A stretch of 52,811 bases of DNA from Phoronis australis (GCA_002633005.1 NMRA01000757.1:112849-165659), one strand, 5' to 3'. Counted from the stretch's first letter, positions 1 to 14,200 are shown. Notes: generated by a model from the sequence alone, not told the origin. Made by a program: numbers and translations.

Positions 1-1357
1 CAGGTCGCATTTTGCGACCTAGCCAAAATCCCAGGTCGCATTTTCAAAATCCAGCTCGCATTCGTAAATGCCAGGTCGCAAAATTTTCCCGCCATTTTTA
101 CGCGCCAAAATAGATTTTTTAGATCATCGAGAAAATGTTTAGATTATGCTCTTACCTGCAACGTTAAATACTCACTTTCGGATCTCAAAATTGACTTCAT
201 TCATGCAGGTACGGCCTTAGGCCTACTGTTCTTCACGACCGCCATTGAAAGACTCTAGAGCGCAAGGCAAGTTGCCGACGTGAAAGTTGAATCAGTGCTC
301 TCTTACTGACTTGTGCATTCGAGTAGCTAAATTTGCGATGTGAAAAGGGAGAAAACGCCCGTTGAAAAAGTATCCGGGATTTTGTTAGATCTGGCCTGCT
401 ACTGGCTGTCATCAAAGTCGTTAACGATTCAAACTAACTCGGGTAATGGCGAGTTTGCTCCTCAATACCTTCCAAGTACGGGAAAAACTGGTCAGTCACA
501 AAACGACACGCATGTCACTAGTGTTAACTTTCTTTCCGAGGTATAAAACAAAGCCGGGATTTGGTTTTTACATATTGTGAAAAGACGTTTTTGAAAACTG
601 AAGTTGTGTAAAATGAAAGTGACACACCATATAAGCTGCGTGTCAATTTTAAACCACACGCGGTCATTTGTAGTGTTCTTGGCAACTGAAAGTAAAGACG
701 TGACCGTCGTTTGGCGATTAATAAGGTTGACGTTTTCACTTTGGTTGTCTTAATACGATAAAAAGGAGAAGCACATCTCAGTCTAAGTCACGATTGTCTG
801 CCGGGACCGCTTGCACGCGGTGGTGTCGCAGTGCGATATCAGGGATATTGTTGTGGATATTTGGTTCATGTAATAAGGACATCTTATGTGAAAAATAACA
901 TTTTTGTCCACCACAAAGTTTGGTAAGTTGGTCGCTTAAGAATTAGTAGAAACACCGTTGTTTTGTGAAGATTTATCACGTGTTAAGCTGTGGCCCGAAA
1001 CTTTCTTCGGCGAATCCGGGAATTTACATAAGTGGCCGAAAGTGTTAGCCAATGAAACGCCTCAAAGATCGATTCTGCATATACCATTCACGCGACTTGC
1101 TTACAAGTCATCGGGAGGGCTGTTCTCGGTTAGTGTTCTTTTGAACTTGGATTTGGCAACAACCAAATAACGGTTGGATTAACAAGAGCTGCTTTGTATT
1201 CGCCAGGTATCTGTTGAGAAGTGTAAAAACTCAGCTCGCATTCGTTCGAAATTCCAGGTCGCATTTTGCGACTTGATACGAGCTGACAAATATCTCAGCT
1301 CGCATTTCCAAATTTCAGGTCGCAAATGCGACCTGCAGCTCGTTATGTCGAGCCCTG
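1..1357. mobile_element. hAT-like non-autonomous DNA transposon (left end just outside the window)
   Basis: Right terminus ...CGTTATGTCGAGCCCTG (reverse complement CAGGGCTCGACATAACG, a hAT-type CAGGG end). Repeated subterminal palindromes CAGGTCGCATTTTGCGACC occur at both 1-80 and 1235-1335. No transposase ORF. Confidence 0.65.
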
Positions 1358-2047
1358 ACTTTAAAGGTAGGGAGTAAGCTTGTGCGTGAGCATAGTCGTT
1401 CACCTCAGTGTTTGCGGTAATAAGATATTAAAACGCTGCAATGGTAAGAAACGTTATAATAATACGATTTTGCGAGGCAAATTCCATCTCGTAGGGGTAA
1501 CTTTCTGGATATCGTTAACACCTACATTATACCCTTTTTAGCCACCTGAAATAATTTTTTTTTAACTGCCCGCTTCAGCCGGAACAAGGTTGTTTCTGTA
1601 GGAGTCTGAACATTTTACGGCGACGGTGGTACGGGGAGCGAAAAGTTGCCGGGGGTGGGGGTGTATAAAGAGAATGAAAAGTTCGCTAACTTGAACCACA
1701 ATTTCGCATCTAGTGCCAGTTTAGTTGCAATAACTGGCTACGGGCATACAATACAGGGTTTACAGAACATCGACCTCGGGAAACATCGGAATAGGAAAAC
1801 GTCAGTTCTGGGTTATGTCGGTCCCGGTACATCGGGTCTTTTATAACCGCTGGGAATCTGAGTTTATTTTCAAATATACCAGAGCCCAGCCGGTATACTC
1901 TCGATGTTCTTTGTAATGGTGCGCGCGCGTGAGTTCACGCACTTGAATCGCTGGAGTAGGCCTACACTTTACGTTGGCAACAACGTGTGAAAGACAAATC
2001 ATATTTCGCGCACGTAGCCCCAGAAAACAAGTAAGGGGTTTGAGAAT

Positions 2048-2730
2048 TTCTTGGTAACTGAAAGTAAAGACGTGACCGTCGTTTGGCGATTAATAAGGTT
2101 GTCATTTTCACTTTGGCTGTCTTAATACGATAAAAAGGAGAAGCACATCTCAGTCTAAGTCACTATTGTGTGCCGGAGCTTGCGCGCTAACGATACCGCA
2201 GTGGGATATCAGGGATATTGTCGTGGATATTTGGTACATGTAATAAGAACATCTTATGTGAAAAATAAACATTTTTGTCCACCACAAAGTTTGGTAAGTT
2301 GATCGCTTAAGAATTAGTAGAAACACCGTTGTTTTGTAAAGTTTTATCACATGTTAAGCAGTGGCCCGAAACTTTCTTCGGCGAATCCGGGAATTTAAAA
2401 AAGTGGCCGAAAGTGTTAGCCAATGAAACGCGTCAAAGATCGATTCTGCATATCCCATGTTCACGCGACTTGCTTACAAGTCATCGGGAGGGCTGTTCTC
2501 GGTTAGCTTTGTTTTGAAGTTGGATTTGGCAACGACCAAATAATGGTCCGATTAACAAGAGCTGCATTGTATTTGCCAGGTATCTGTTGAGAAGCGTAAA
2601 AACTCAGCTCGCATTCGTTGGAAATTCCAGGTCGCATTTTGCGACTTGATACGAGCTGACAAAAGTCTCAGCTCGCATTTCCAAATTTTAGGTCGCAAAT
2701 GCGACCTGCAGCTCGTTATGTCGAGCCCTG
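2048..2730. mobile_element. Second, left-truncated copy of the same hAT-like element
   Basis: High-identity direct repeat of 676-1357, ending in the same GTCGAGCCCTG terminus. The near-identical ORF pairs 958/2329 and 1179/2552 reflect this duplication. Confidence 0.8.
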
Positions 2731-2903
2731 GCCACACTGCTAGACCCTTGAGTCCCACTGGGCCACACTGCTAGACCTTGAGTCCCACTGGGCCACACTG
2801 CTAGACCCTTGAGTCCCACTGGGCCACACTGCTAGACCCTTGAGTCCCACTGGGCCACACTGCTAGACCCTTGAGTCTCACTGGGCCACACTGCTAGACC
2901 CTT
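2730..2903. repeat. 31-bp minisatellite, about 5.5 copies (GGCCACACTGCTAGACCCTTGAGTCCCACTG)
   Basis: Tandem units are directly visible and begin exactly at the hAT terminus. Confidence 0.95.
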
Positions 2904-3342
2904 GGGTCAGGTCTCTAGCTCCTCAGTTCAGTTTTAACTATATATTAATAAAGAATGACAATGGTTGCACGTGATCAGTGCAATGGGCCCACATGTGCAG
3001 CCTGCGCACATCTGGTACCTGTATCAGACCGCCTGCATTTACTTTGTATTATAGTTATTATGTACAAAATTTGATTTATTAAATGACTTTCGTCCCTGAG
3101 CACATTTCATTAGGATGAGTCATGACCGTCAAGGTGTCAGAGTGTCCTCGCCTATCAAATTTTGAGAAACTCTGACCTTAAGTTGAGTCAGAATTGTCCT
3201 CAGTGAACCCACATTCAACAAGGAGTGGACATGGCAATAGTGCACCCACCTACCTAAGGAGGTCCGGAGTTATACAATTGTTCCCACACAACAGATAAAG
3301 TCAAAACCGAAAGTCAAAGACAATCAAAGTCTGTTCGAAATC

Positions 3343-3833
3343 TAGACAGTGACCACCGTCTCTAGGTGGCAAGTAGACAAGAGATGCTGAAATGAATTAA
3401 AACATGAAAGTCACGTTGTTATAAGTCCCAATTGTTCATAGAGGGACACTGTAGGTGGCCGCTGCTGTCTTTAATTTCTTCCAACTCAAACAAATACTCC
3501 CGTAATAAATCTTTTTCGTCGAGCAGTCCTCCGATCAGTTTCCCAAATCGGGAACTGGCCATTTTTAAAACTGCGCTAGGTGGTATGACGTCATATATCC
3601 TGGCGACCGCAGGGTTAAAAATGGCCAGTTCCAGATTTAAGCAACTGAATGAAGGACTGCTCAAAGAAAAAAGTTGATTACGGGAGTATTTGTTCCGAGT
3701 TGGAAGGAATTAAAGACAGCAAAAGGTACTGTTAACGTGACTTTGATTTTGAAATCAGTGTGAGGCATAATTTGCCAAAAAGGTTCCGGCGTATGAAGCG
3801 CCTATAGGAGCCTCGTCGTCTGTAGTTCAGCTA
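3343..3833. mobile_element. Foldback MITE, TAGACAGTG family, copy 1
   Basis: Starts TAGACAGTGACCACCGTCT. Long internal inverted repeat at about 3464-3720. Flanks TTCGAAATC/TTCGAAAAC match at 8 of 9 positions (TSD). The right TIR is internally deleted. Homologous to 36118-36560 and 40762-41500. Confidence 0.75.
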
Positions 3834-4329
3834 TTCGAAAACAAACTTCAACGGCGTTGTTGTCTGTTGCTTGTTGTAGGGAGGACAACGTTTTTTAATT
3901 TTTTTTTACAATACCCATGTGTTATACATTTTTGAAAAGCCCTTGATGTGAGAAATGAAATGGTGCAAAAATCAGAAAAATTGGATGAGCGGTTGACAAG
4001 AAAATGGCCGTTGAAACACGACGATTATGCCTAAAATATCTGCCCTTTTACATAATTTCGTAAAAAATAAAAGAATATACATGTGCTGCATATAAAAAGA
4101 TTCGTCTAATTGAGACAAACATGGTGGTGTGTATTATATAAAATTTGGATCGATTTCTACAGAGATATTGCTGTTTAAGTGTTTTGTTAGCATATAGAAC
4201 AGGCTCATCATGTTTGATGAAAACAATGGATTACACAGCTTAAAAGGTAAAGAGCAAAGACACCACATCAGCTCAGAAATAAATACATCTGAGCTAGGAG
4301 GAAATTTCACATCAAATCACAAGATCACA

Positions 4330-4489
4330 TTGGTGGATGTGGGGGGGGGCAAGGGGGCCTGGCCCGTGGCCCCCCTAAAACTCCCATATTTCATTTGGCA
4401 GTTTGAGGGTGCAAATATCTTACGGATAAAATCCTGCGTAATACTCTGCCCTGCCCCCCTCCTATCTAAAAATCCTAGATCTGCCCCTG
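4330..4489. mobile_element. About 160-bp GC-ended MITE, copy 1 (second copy at 14848-15006)
   Basis: G-run/C-run ends terminating AAAATCCTAGATCTGCCCCTG. The body (CATTTGxCAGTT...GTAATACTCTGC) is shared with 14848-15006. Confidence 0.6.
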
Positions 4490-5469
4490 AATACTACTAC
4501 ATGGGCAACACATCATTGCCTGACAGTGACAGGGGGCTGGGGGAGGCTATAGCTCCCCCACTTTTTTCAGTGTTGGGTGCCACCCATGTACTATTAGATC
4601 GTATCATGGCAAAAAACATCAGAAAGTAGACAAAAGACCATTTGGGAAAACAAATCACTCTTAACATAAAGGATTTCATCATTTACGCAACAAAAACTTT
4701 GTAACAACTTTATTTCGAACGGTGAAGTTGCGATGCCATTGAACTTCAACGTAGCCGATGGTGGCGCTGACATGCGGCGACTTAGTGAACTAACGACTGC
4801 TGTTTGAAAAGTGCCAATGCGCAGCAGTTTGACAGAATTTCTGAAAATGAAATAATTACCAATTAAAAGAGTGATAAATTCCTCATCTAAAAATCGGGGG
4901 GGCATATTGCGCAACTGGAAAAACATCAATCTCCCGACCGACCAAAATTAGGCCTTCCGGACGATCGAAAACTCGCCATGAAAACTTGGCCTTGACTTCG
5001 AGAAAACAACTTGAGGAGATGCGCACGCATCTAAACTACATCCTGTCCAAATTTCATGTTTGTATTTGAGAGTATAGTGCTCTTTTGGATAGGAGGAACA
5101 AGAGGTACTTTTTCGAAAGTTGATCGCATGGCGGAAAATCGTGCGCTAAAAAAAGCTTACAAAAAATGATTTATCAGCGCTAATTTGAGACAAAAAGATT
5201 ACAAACTTACAAATAAAGACTAAGGTAACGATTCATAACACAAAATTGTCTTATAGTTAACTTTGAAGTCTGAAATCGGGTAATTTACCGACGTGGGTTT
5301 TACACGGAGGCAGATATGGAGCACCGTGACCTACTTTTTGATTGTCCTCCCTACTTGTTGTTGGTTTGGCAATTCAGAAAACTAAAAAATGAAATCTCAC
5401 CTAACTTGGAGAAGATCGGATTCAGATCAATGTTTGAATCCCCCATAGCGAATCTTCACATTTTCTTAC

Positions 5470-5760
5470 AGTGCAAACGAAGCTGGAACATTCTTATCGT
5501 TTTTCATATTGTCCAAAGTTATCACATCAATAGGTCTAAGATCCAAACTGACCGCCTTTTTGAGAAATTTCTAAGAGTACCTCCAAAAGCAAAGATTCTT
5601 AAAGAGACATGGGCGTCATCTGTTGGCCAGAGTCTTCGGCTATCAAAGCGATCCAATGTTCTGTTTGTGCTTGGCCAGGTGAATAAATGGAGTACGCCTC
5701 CCTTCCTTGGCATGAATGGGTGTAGCTGGCGGTTTTCAAAACAGGAACAAAACATTTAAT
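5470..5760 (-). pseudogene. Possible decayed THAP-domain remnant (transposon-derived)
   Basis: Across shifted minus-strand frames: KCFVP..., LHLFTWP, HWIALI, DDAHVSLRIF, KNVPASF. These follow the order of THAP motifs, but the CxxH pair is lost. Confidence 0.3.
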
Positions 5761-6786
5761 ACGTCACGACGTCCAATCTATTGTTCCAAATTGGTATTGA
5801 CATTTTCAGTTAGCAAGCACACCTCCGACAGTGAAGGTTTCGGCGGGACATCAGGAAAAACTAACGGTAATCAATCGAATCCGGGCGGATCCAGGATTTT
5901 GAGCTAGAGGGGGCCAGGACACAGGAATAACCAGAATTTCGCCACAAGTGCGCGCCCAGCCTAAAATGTAGGGATGCAGGGGTCTCGAATTTTTGGGTTT
6001 GTGGACCTTATTACTAAAAAAACGGTATAAACGCGCATGCTACTCAGCAGTTAGTCGCACCCCGAACTCCCAAATGGTATCTGGGAGAATTTTAGGGGGC
6101 ACCATCACGGACCAGAACCAATTATACTTTTTGGCCTTAACTAAAAACGTGTATTCTATGCCGAATTGCTACTCCATATTTTTTCATGCCAGAGAATGAA
6201 ACAAAGCTATTCCTGAAAATTTAGCCGATGCTGTTGCTACACTTGAGTTCCTGATAACAAAAAATTATCGACTTTCTCAGTTTCGTCATATCCTCCCAGC
6301 TTAATTAGTTCTGGCTGAGGGCACACGTATCAACGATATGGAGGTTTAATTGATTGGCAAATTAGTGTACCCGTTGTTACATAAAGCGCGTATTTTGCTC
6401 ATCCGTTTTTATAAACTCTTGTTTTTACAGTTACTGACAACTGCTGACAATAACCATCTTGTAAAGACTACTAATCACTGAAAAAATATTCGTCGATCCA
6501 AAATGGGCTTTTGTGGATTCCGAAAATTCCTTATATAAGCCGATGGAATTGTATTTGGTGAGCCTTATATGAAATCCGGTTCTAGGCTGTAATTCCTGGG
6601 CTGACTTTTAAATGAAAGAGATTAACTGAGCCGAACGAAATTCGCGCTACTAGAAATGGAACAAAGCAAGCAAACCATACGCTGCGTGTAAAAAAATATG
6701 ATGCACAATTAACAATTCTTATAAAAAATAAGTGCTAAATAGCTAAACACGGGAAGGTATTTATAAACACAACTCAGAAAAAAACA

Positions 6787-6922
6787 GAGTAATTATTATG
6801 ATAGAAACAGGCTGAGTCCACCTACACTGGACCAGACCAAGTTTATGAGGAGTCGAGTAATTATTATGATAGAAACAGGCTGAGTCCACCTACACTGGAC
6901 CAGACCAAGTTTATGAGGAGTC
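6787..6922. repeat. 68-bp exact tandem duplication
   Basis: GAGTAATTATTATGATAGAAACAGGCTG...TTTATGAGGAGTC at 6787 and 6855. Confidence 0.95.
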
Positions 6923-6970
6923 ACTTATCATCCACTCGTTCATTCATCTTGCGAAACTTCGCGTTATCAC

Positions 6971-7076
<106 letters not shown>

Positions 7077-7980
7077 NNNNNNNNNNNNNNNNNNNNNNNN
7101 NNNNNNNNNNNNNNNNNNNNNNNNNNNNNNNNNNNNNNNNNNNNNNNNNNNNNNNNNNNNNNNNNNNNNNNNNNNNNNNNNNNNNNNNNNNNNNNNNNNN
7201 NNNNNNNNNNNNNNNNNNNNNNNNNNNNNNNNNNNNNNNNNNNNNNNNNNNNNNNNNNNNNNNNNNNNNNNNNNNNNNNNNNNNNNNNNNNNNNNNNNNN
7301 NNNNNNNNNNNNNNNNNNNNNNNNNNNNNNNNNNNNNNNNNNNNNNNNNNNNNNNNNNNNNNNNNNNNNNNNNNNNNNNNNNNNNNNNNNNNNNNNNNNN
7401 NNNNNNNNNNNNNNNNNNNNNNNNNNNNNNNNNNNNNNNNNNNNNNNNNNNNNNNNNNNNNNNNNNNNNNNNNNNNNNNNNNNNNNNNNNNNNNNNNNNN
7501 NNNNNNNNNNNNNNNNNNNNNNNNNNNNNNNNNNNNNNNNNNNNNNNNNNNNNNNNNNNNNNNNNNNNNNNNNNNNNNNNNNNNNNNNNNNNNNNNNNNN
7601 NNNNNNNNNNNNNNNNNNNNNNNNNNNNNNNNNNNNNNNNNNNNNNNNNNNNNNNNNNNNNNNNNNNNNNNNNNNNNNNNNNNNNNNNNNNNNNNNNNNN
7701 NNNNNNNNNNNNNNNNNNNNNNNNNNNNNNNNNNNNNNNNNNNNNNNNNNNNNNNNNNNNNNNNNNNNNNNNNNNNNNNNNNNNNNNNNNNNNNNNNNNN
7801 NNNNNNNNNNNNNNNNNNNNNNNNNNNNNNNNNNNNNNNNNNNNNNNNNNNNNNNNNNNNNNNNNNNNNNNNNNNNNNNNNNNNNNNNNNNNNNNNNNNN
7901 NNNNNNNNNNNNNNNNNNNNNNNNNNNNNNNNNNNNNNNNNNNNNNNNNNNNNNNNNNNNNNNNNNNNNNNNNNNNNNNN

Positions 7981-8280
7981 ATTTGTGAGTCTTAAGTGAT
8001 GTGAGGCATTTGTGAGTCTTAAGTGATGTGAGGCATTTGTGAGTCTTAAGTGATGTGAGGCATTTGTGAGTCTTAAGTGATGTGAGGCATTTGTGAGTCT
8101 TAAGTGATGTGAGGTATTTGTGAGTCTTAAGTGATGTGAGGTATTTGTGAGTCTTAAGTGATGTGAGGTATTTGTGAGTCTTAAGTGATGTGAGGCATTT
8201 GTGAGTCTTAAGTGATGTGACATATTCGTGAGTCTTAAGTGATGCGAGGTATTTTTGAGTCTTAAGTGACCTGAGGTATT
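7981..8280. repeat. 27-bp minisatellite, about 11 visible copies (ATTTGTGAGTCTTAAGTGATGTGAGGC)
   Basis: Tandem units degrade towards the right edge and probably continue into the gap. Confidence 0.97.
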
Positions 8281-11200
8281 CCTCCCAAGCGAATGAGTAA
8301 ATTAGTACATCTAACTCGCTTAACTTGTCCAAAAAATATATTAGGCACTGTTTTCAGCTAATGTGCATATTTTTCTCCTGCTTACAAGAGAACAATTCGG
8401 TGTACTAGTCATTGTAATCTCGTTGTTTTTTCCTAGAAACACGAGAACAAAATTAGATCTTACTAAACCTAGCTATACATCTACTAAACACAACTGAGCA
8501 TGACAAGATTTTCTTAGTACTGTTTTTTTTACCCAGCAAATGTGTGTACATCTTCTTCAACAGTTGACGGTTAATCAATTCAAGAAACAGTGCAAGCCGT
8601 AGACATTCAAAAAAGACATATTTGTCCTTTCAACTTACTGTGCAATCGTGTAATCTGAAAACGTGCAAAGCAACCTACAAGTTCTCTAGTCACGACTGCA
8701 TCGCCTGGTTTCAGCATGTTGTTGAAATTAAGAGATAACATGCAACGATGCTGTCAAATAAATATCTGGCTTTCTCTTAGTATTCAAACCGTTTTGAGAC
8801 TGGGTGTTTCGTGGGAACTGATTCTGCAACCGTAATGAAAATTATGAAACCAGGTTGGTTTACATTTTGGATTTTTAGCTAAACACTGATACTGTTATGA
8901 ATAAAATGGAAATTCCTGTGATAAAGCCTGTTTCAGTAATGTCAATAAACGCGATCTACGTGAGCGTGCCAGGTGAAATGGGAAATTTCATCACGTGTAC
9001 GTAGACTGGTGTACTCCAAGTGTAGGCCTACTACATGAAAGAATTTCAAGTGCCTTGTTCGTAAGGTGAAAGAATAAACATTTGTGACGACTCGAACCTT
9101 GCTCGGAATACATGGAACTAAAAAGGAAAAAAAGACAAGTATGCTACCATCCCAGAGTGTAATGCAGCAAAATTATAAAAAGAAAATGGCCCGGGTTGTA
9201 GATCTGGTGTAGCTGGAACAGAACGGGACGACTACACTTGGAGTGTGACGGCTGAAGTAGCAGCAGAACGACTGCTGAAGACCCTCCGAGTCAGGAGTCC
9301 AGTAGGCACAGTTAGTGGCTCGTTAATTCCGTGACTGCGAGCCATTTGACACCATTCACGCTCCGGTATGTTTGTTTAGTGCATATAATGATGCAAACAC
9401 GCCAAATTAATCGAAATTTATGACGTCACTTGTATATTGATTGGGTTTGCTCCTTAACCTTTGACGAGCTGTACTATTCGACCGGCATACAGGTACCTGC
9501 ACGTCGACGATACTTATAACAAATTACAGCACACCTTGTCGACGTATCCGAGTCACAGAAAACATTTCTCGCAGTCCAGATAATAAGAGAAAGGTAGGTT
9601 ACCTGATGTTGACATCAACTTTTGGACGCCTGTACCTACTTTTTCTGCAAGGTAATACGGGAATATATGTCTATATGCGCTAGACTCAGTTAGGTACAGG
9701 TGTGTTTAGTTCTTCAATAATGGAGTACCAGGTGATATTATTGAACAGCATGAATTTTATATTTTACGCTTTAAACGTGTTTATGAGATGTTTTTATATA
9801 CAACCTCGCGACATAGGCGTCTCAAAATGGAACACGTTTGAAATAGGCCTGGAAAAAGAAATGACGTAGGTTTTGTTTAGTCCACCGTGGACTAACCGAG
9901 GTTCTCGACCAAATGTGCCCTAGTCGACAGCTTGCGCTTTTGCATTATAAAGAACGGCACCACGACGTCACGCGTAATAAGCTAATAGCCAAAGGCTCTT
10001 GTGTTTCTAGTTACTTATACCTTATCCAATGAGCTAAATGAGTTCATTGCCTTAACCAAGCCTTCCACGCTGTAAACGGTCCACAGTCATATTTAATCAA
10101 CTTCCAGCGTGATGAGTAATGAAAATAAGAATGTAATATTGTGGAAAAGCGGTTAGGTAAAAACTTTCTCTAAACAAACTTTTCATCAAACGAGGAACAG
10201 GCTTGAGATACCATCTCTTCACCGAGAAGCCTCTATACACAGTACGCTATCACAACACGTATGGTGTGCTATCACGAATCAACCCCCGGATCATCATTGA
10301 AATACACACTTCGGCCACAACAAAACAGCGCTTGACACCAGACTGTCAATACGCAATCGAGGTGCGTGCTGAGCGGACCGGACAATTAAAGCCTTTATTT
10401 ACATGCGACGTCTCAACAGTTTTCTTGGTGGTGTATGAATCAAAGGAAGGTATTAAAGCCTCGCGGGCATTTGAAAAGAAACCCTCTGCAGGGCTTGGTA
10501 CGTGGCGAACTTGTCTGTTAACTAGCGCGGTAAGTGTGGAAGATTCTTGAGCAGGCCTAGTGTTACCCATTTTTGCATCATTGTCGATAACTTTAGAACA
10601 TGGTTCCGGTTGAACTCCTTATTACGTTTGTGAACTGTTCACATTGTCATGAACTTGGACCATAAGTCTGACGTCACTCCTTTTTAGTGCTCAGTCAACC
10701 GGGGGTCATCGCCTTCGTCGTGACTGAGTAGGGTAGCCACCCGCACATTCAAAATGCCGTGCAATGAAATATCTGGGTAGCTGGAAATACGTATTTCAGA
10801 AAATACAACTATTCACCCCACATCCCCTAAATTGTCGCGAGGTAGGGTTGGGAAGGGGGGGGCAGACCTTTTCGACAAGATTTCGATCGGCCTCTGAAAC
10901 GACATCAGTCCCAGTGCCTTTTCAAGTTCTTTCTTGCTACGGTCAAAGGGGAGCTCGAACGACAACGCTTGTACCTATCGTTTACCCAACCTGCATCGAT
11001 ATCACGAATGTCAAAATATCCACCCTAAACGATGCCATATAGTAGAAATTACCCTCCGGTGTTAGTTCGCATCAGCCCGGCTACCCGCCGAGCGAGCCAC
11101 TAGCTCCCCGGCCTCCCGATAAAGTGCTCGCCAATCACACAAGCAAATACATAAGGGGCCCTTCCATGATGCGTTGTGAGGTGCCACCGAAATTCAAAGA

Positions 11201-14200
11201 AATTCACGTTCTTATCAATACCTCGGGAAAATTGTCGACTGGGCGAGACACCCCNNNNNNNNNNNNNNNNNNNNNNNNNNNNNNNNNNNNNNNNNNNNNN
11301 NNNNNNNNNNNNNNNNNNNNNNNNNNNNNCCGGGCGAGACACCCCCCCCCCCCCCTTTCACCCGGGTCACCATTCCATTTACAATTTTCTCGACCGACGA
11401 TACAGAGCCGAAATCCCTTCCGAGACGATACCCGGGTAGGCGGCACATCCCTACCTGCATATCAAAAACTATCCCACGAGAGAGCCCCCCCCCCCTCTAT
11501 GGGACTAACCTGTATTTTCGTTCCGGTTCATAAACTTTCCAACGACAGCCTGTGTTTCCCGAATTGCTCCGGGAAATACTTGCGTTGCCAATAACAACAT
11601 TCTAAAATAAACAACGTGGACGCCTGCAAATATAACGTTTTGCTGATTCTGTTCTCGTAGCGATTATATACGTTAAGTAATTCGGCTACAACTGCACATG
11701 ACAGCGTGCAGGTTGATGCGACTCGATCTGCTGTTTAGAATTACGACTGAATTTGTAATCCCTACGGGGTAGTTTCCCCAGAAGTTTTTCAGCTAGTCTA
11801 TGCGATTATACTACTAGGCTTTAATTATTTCTGATTACTCTCTCAAGTCAATGCATAATGTTCCAATTCGCTGACGTTGGTAAATTACCGTACGAGATGT
11901 GACAAGAAAATATTTGTGATGTGTCTTGACGGGAAATGTAATCTTAAGATGTTTGGCTTCCTTGACCGACACGGCTGTAGGCTGATTTCCGTAGATAACC
12001 GAAACATCAGTAAACCTGAGTTCAGCAGTTAATCTCAATAATTGGCAATGTTCAACTGACCGTCGATCAAGTAAATTGAATGTGCTTGAGTTATTCACTC
12101 GCTGGATTCCATTGCAAGCACCTCAAAAGTATAGTTAAAATTGAGGAACACCAATCTTTTTAACAAAATCGGGGATCTGGGTAATATCCTAAAATGTTGT
12201 CGCTATCGGTCAGCAGAGGACGTCACTGATGGGTAGCACGAAAGGATATTAGATATGGTTGGCCATGTTTGGGTTGAAAGGGCGGTAATTACGTTGGCAA
12301 TTACACGGCCGTATTTAGTTACGTTCCTATCGTTGGCCACTGGGGGAAAGTGTCTCGCGTAAATTACTCTCGTAAATTACTCTCGTAAATTTAGACCGTA
12401 ATTACTGCCGATCATAATTACAGCCGCATCTCTCTGCTATTTAGCACACGATAAGACAACTTACGGAGCAAACGTAAAAGTGCTCTTCTTCAGAACAAAC
12501 ATTTTGTTATGAGAGAGGAGGGGTGAGGGGGAGGGAGGGGAGATACAGTTGTAAGCCTAAGAAAAACTAAAATAAACCCGTGTTCAGAGCCATTTCACGT
12601 GAAAATCAAAAGAAAACAACAATCACTATAGGGATCATCTTTCAGATTCGAGCTTAAACTTTGTGTATGTGATCGTGGTGTGGCTCTGACAGAAGAATTA
12701 GAAATTTTGCGCTTATTAACCTCTTAAGTTTTACCTATGACACGTTTTTGCATACCAAAAACAGCAAAAAAAGAAAACAGGTAGATTACATGCAATGTGA
12801 GAAAACACATGCTGGGATTAGGAAGTGATATATAAGGACTCGTAAGTGAAACTGATACAAATAATTTCACGTGATAGGGTCAAAAATAAACCTGGAGGCA
12901 CTTTTTGTAGTGTTGAAAGTCGATGTTACTCAAGTGCTTCTACAAGACAGTGTGTGGGTCTGCGGGCATTGAAAGATATGTTTATGGTTAGATCTTGGAA
13001 ACAAATTTCAGAAACCTTTCGAATGGGTTTTTTCTTTTTTTTTGTTCTAAAATTGCCTCAATATTGCGTATTCTACACTTTTAAACGAATGGTCTTTGTA
13101 ACTTCGTTGCATTTATAATAGTGTGTAAAATCTAACCAAACTTATCTCCACCTGCGTGTTACCATTTGTGGTATTTTCAGACGAAAAACATGACAATTTG
13201 TCCTTGTGATAACTGGGCTTCATTTTTCTGCTTCCCTCACTCGTACATTATCTCTTTGCTGAACTATTGTTGAACAGTTGTTGTCATCGATTACCACGAT
13301 ATGTTGTTTATTTAGTTTTAGTGAACCAACTGGTGGCAGAACCAGTCTCGCCATCTGGTGACAGGTCTTACATCCACGAACAGTGCAGACAGGCAAGCAG
13401 GTAGGAATGAAGGCAGAGGCCTGGGTTTGAAAGTTGCCTAGCTTAGGGAGCTTTGAAGTCATGTGAGTAAAGAAACTCGGATGCAGTGACGGATAACACT
13501 CGCCGTCACTCCAGGGTGGTATTCCCTTGATCAATGACGACACAAAAGCCGTCATTGGGCAAAGGCAGACAAAACTGATGAAGAGATATCTCAGTCAAAA
13601 TTGCCATCAGTTTTCACTGCTGTATTTGTAATGCATTGCACGTAACAGTTTGGAACTGGAATCAAGCAGTTAGCAGAAAACTTGTATTCAAAATTTTAAT
13701 TTACGGTGACCATCGTAAGTTCTGTTGCTGATGAATATTACTAAAATCGTACATATTTTAAAGATGATAAACTACATGCGGGCTCCAGCGAACATTAATC
13801 CACTTGTGTTTAATTTGTGCTCACAATTGTGCAAGCTGCTTGTTTCTCATTTAAAAGTGTGTGCTGTTCCAGAGAACACACATTAAATGCTCAAAGTGAC
13901 GATGGTTAACATTATAGTCACTATCTCTATAACCTAGCACTCGATCACGTAAGTAGATGTTCTCTATCACATGAAAGGTATTTTGTTTTTGTCTGTAATA
14001 TACACACACCTGAAAGATAATTAGATGAGTCGAATAAGGCGAGGATATAGGGCATAAAACGTTTGGGAGCAATATTCCTTATCAGTAACGTATTTTCATA
14101 AAGATAAACTCGGTAAAATTTGTACAAGTTATATTTGTGAGAAATACGTGTTGTCCACGTTTGTCATTGAAATATGGAAAGTAGCCATACTTCCGTCTTC

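Noticed and set aside
9200-9372. GC-richer segment ending in a donor-like CCG|GTATGT
   Set aside because: No recognisable protein in any frame. It could be a non-coding exon, but this cannot be supported from sequence alone.
11241-11355. Direct repeat GGGCGAGACACCCC on both sides of a 75-N gap
   Set aside because: Most likely overlapping contig ends broken at a poly-C run, not a real duplication.
13220-13555. 111-aa minus-strand ORF
   Set aside because: No recognisable motif or convincing splice context.
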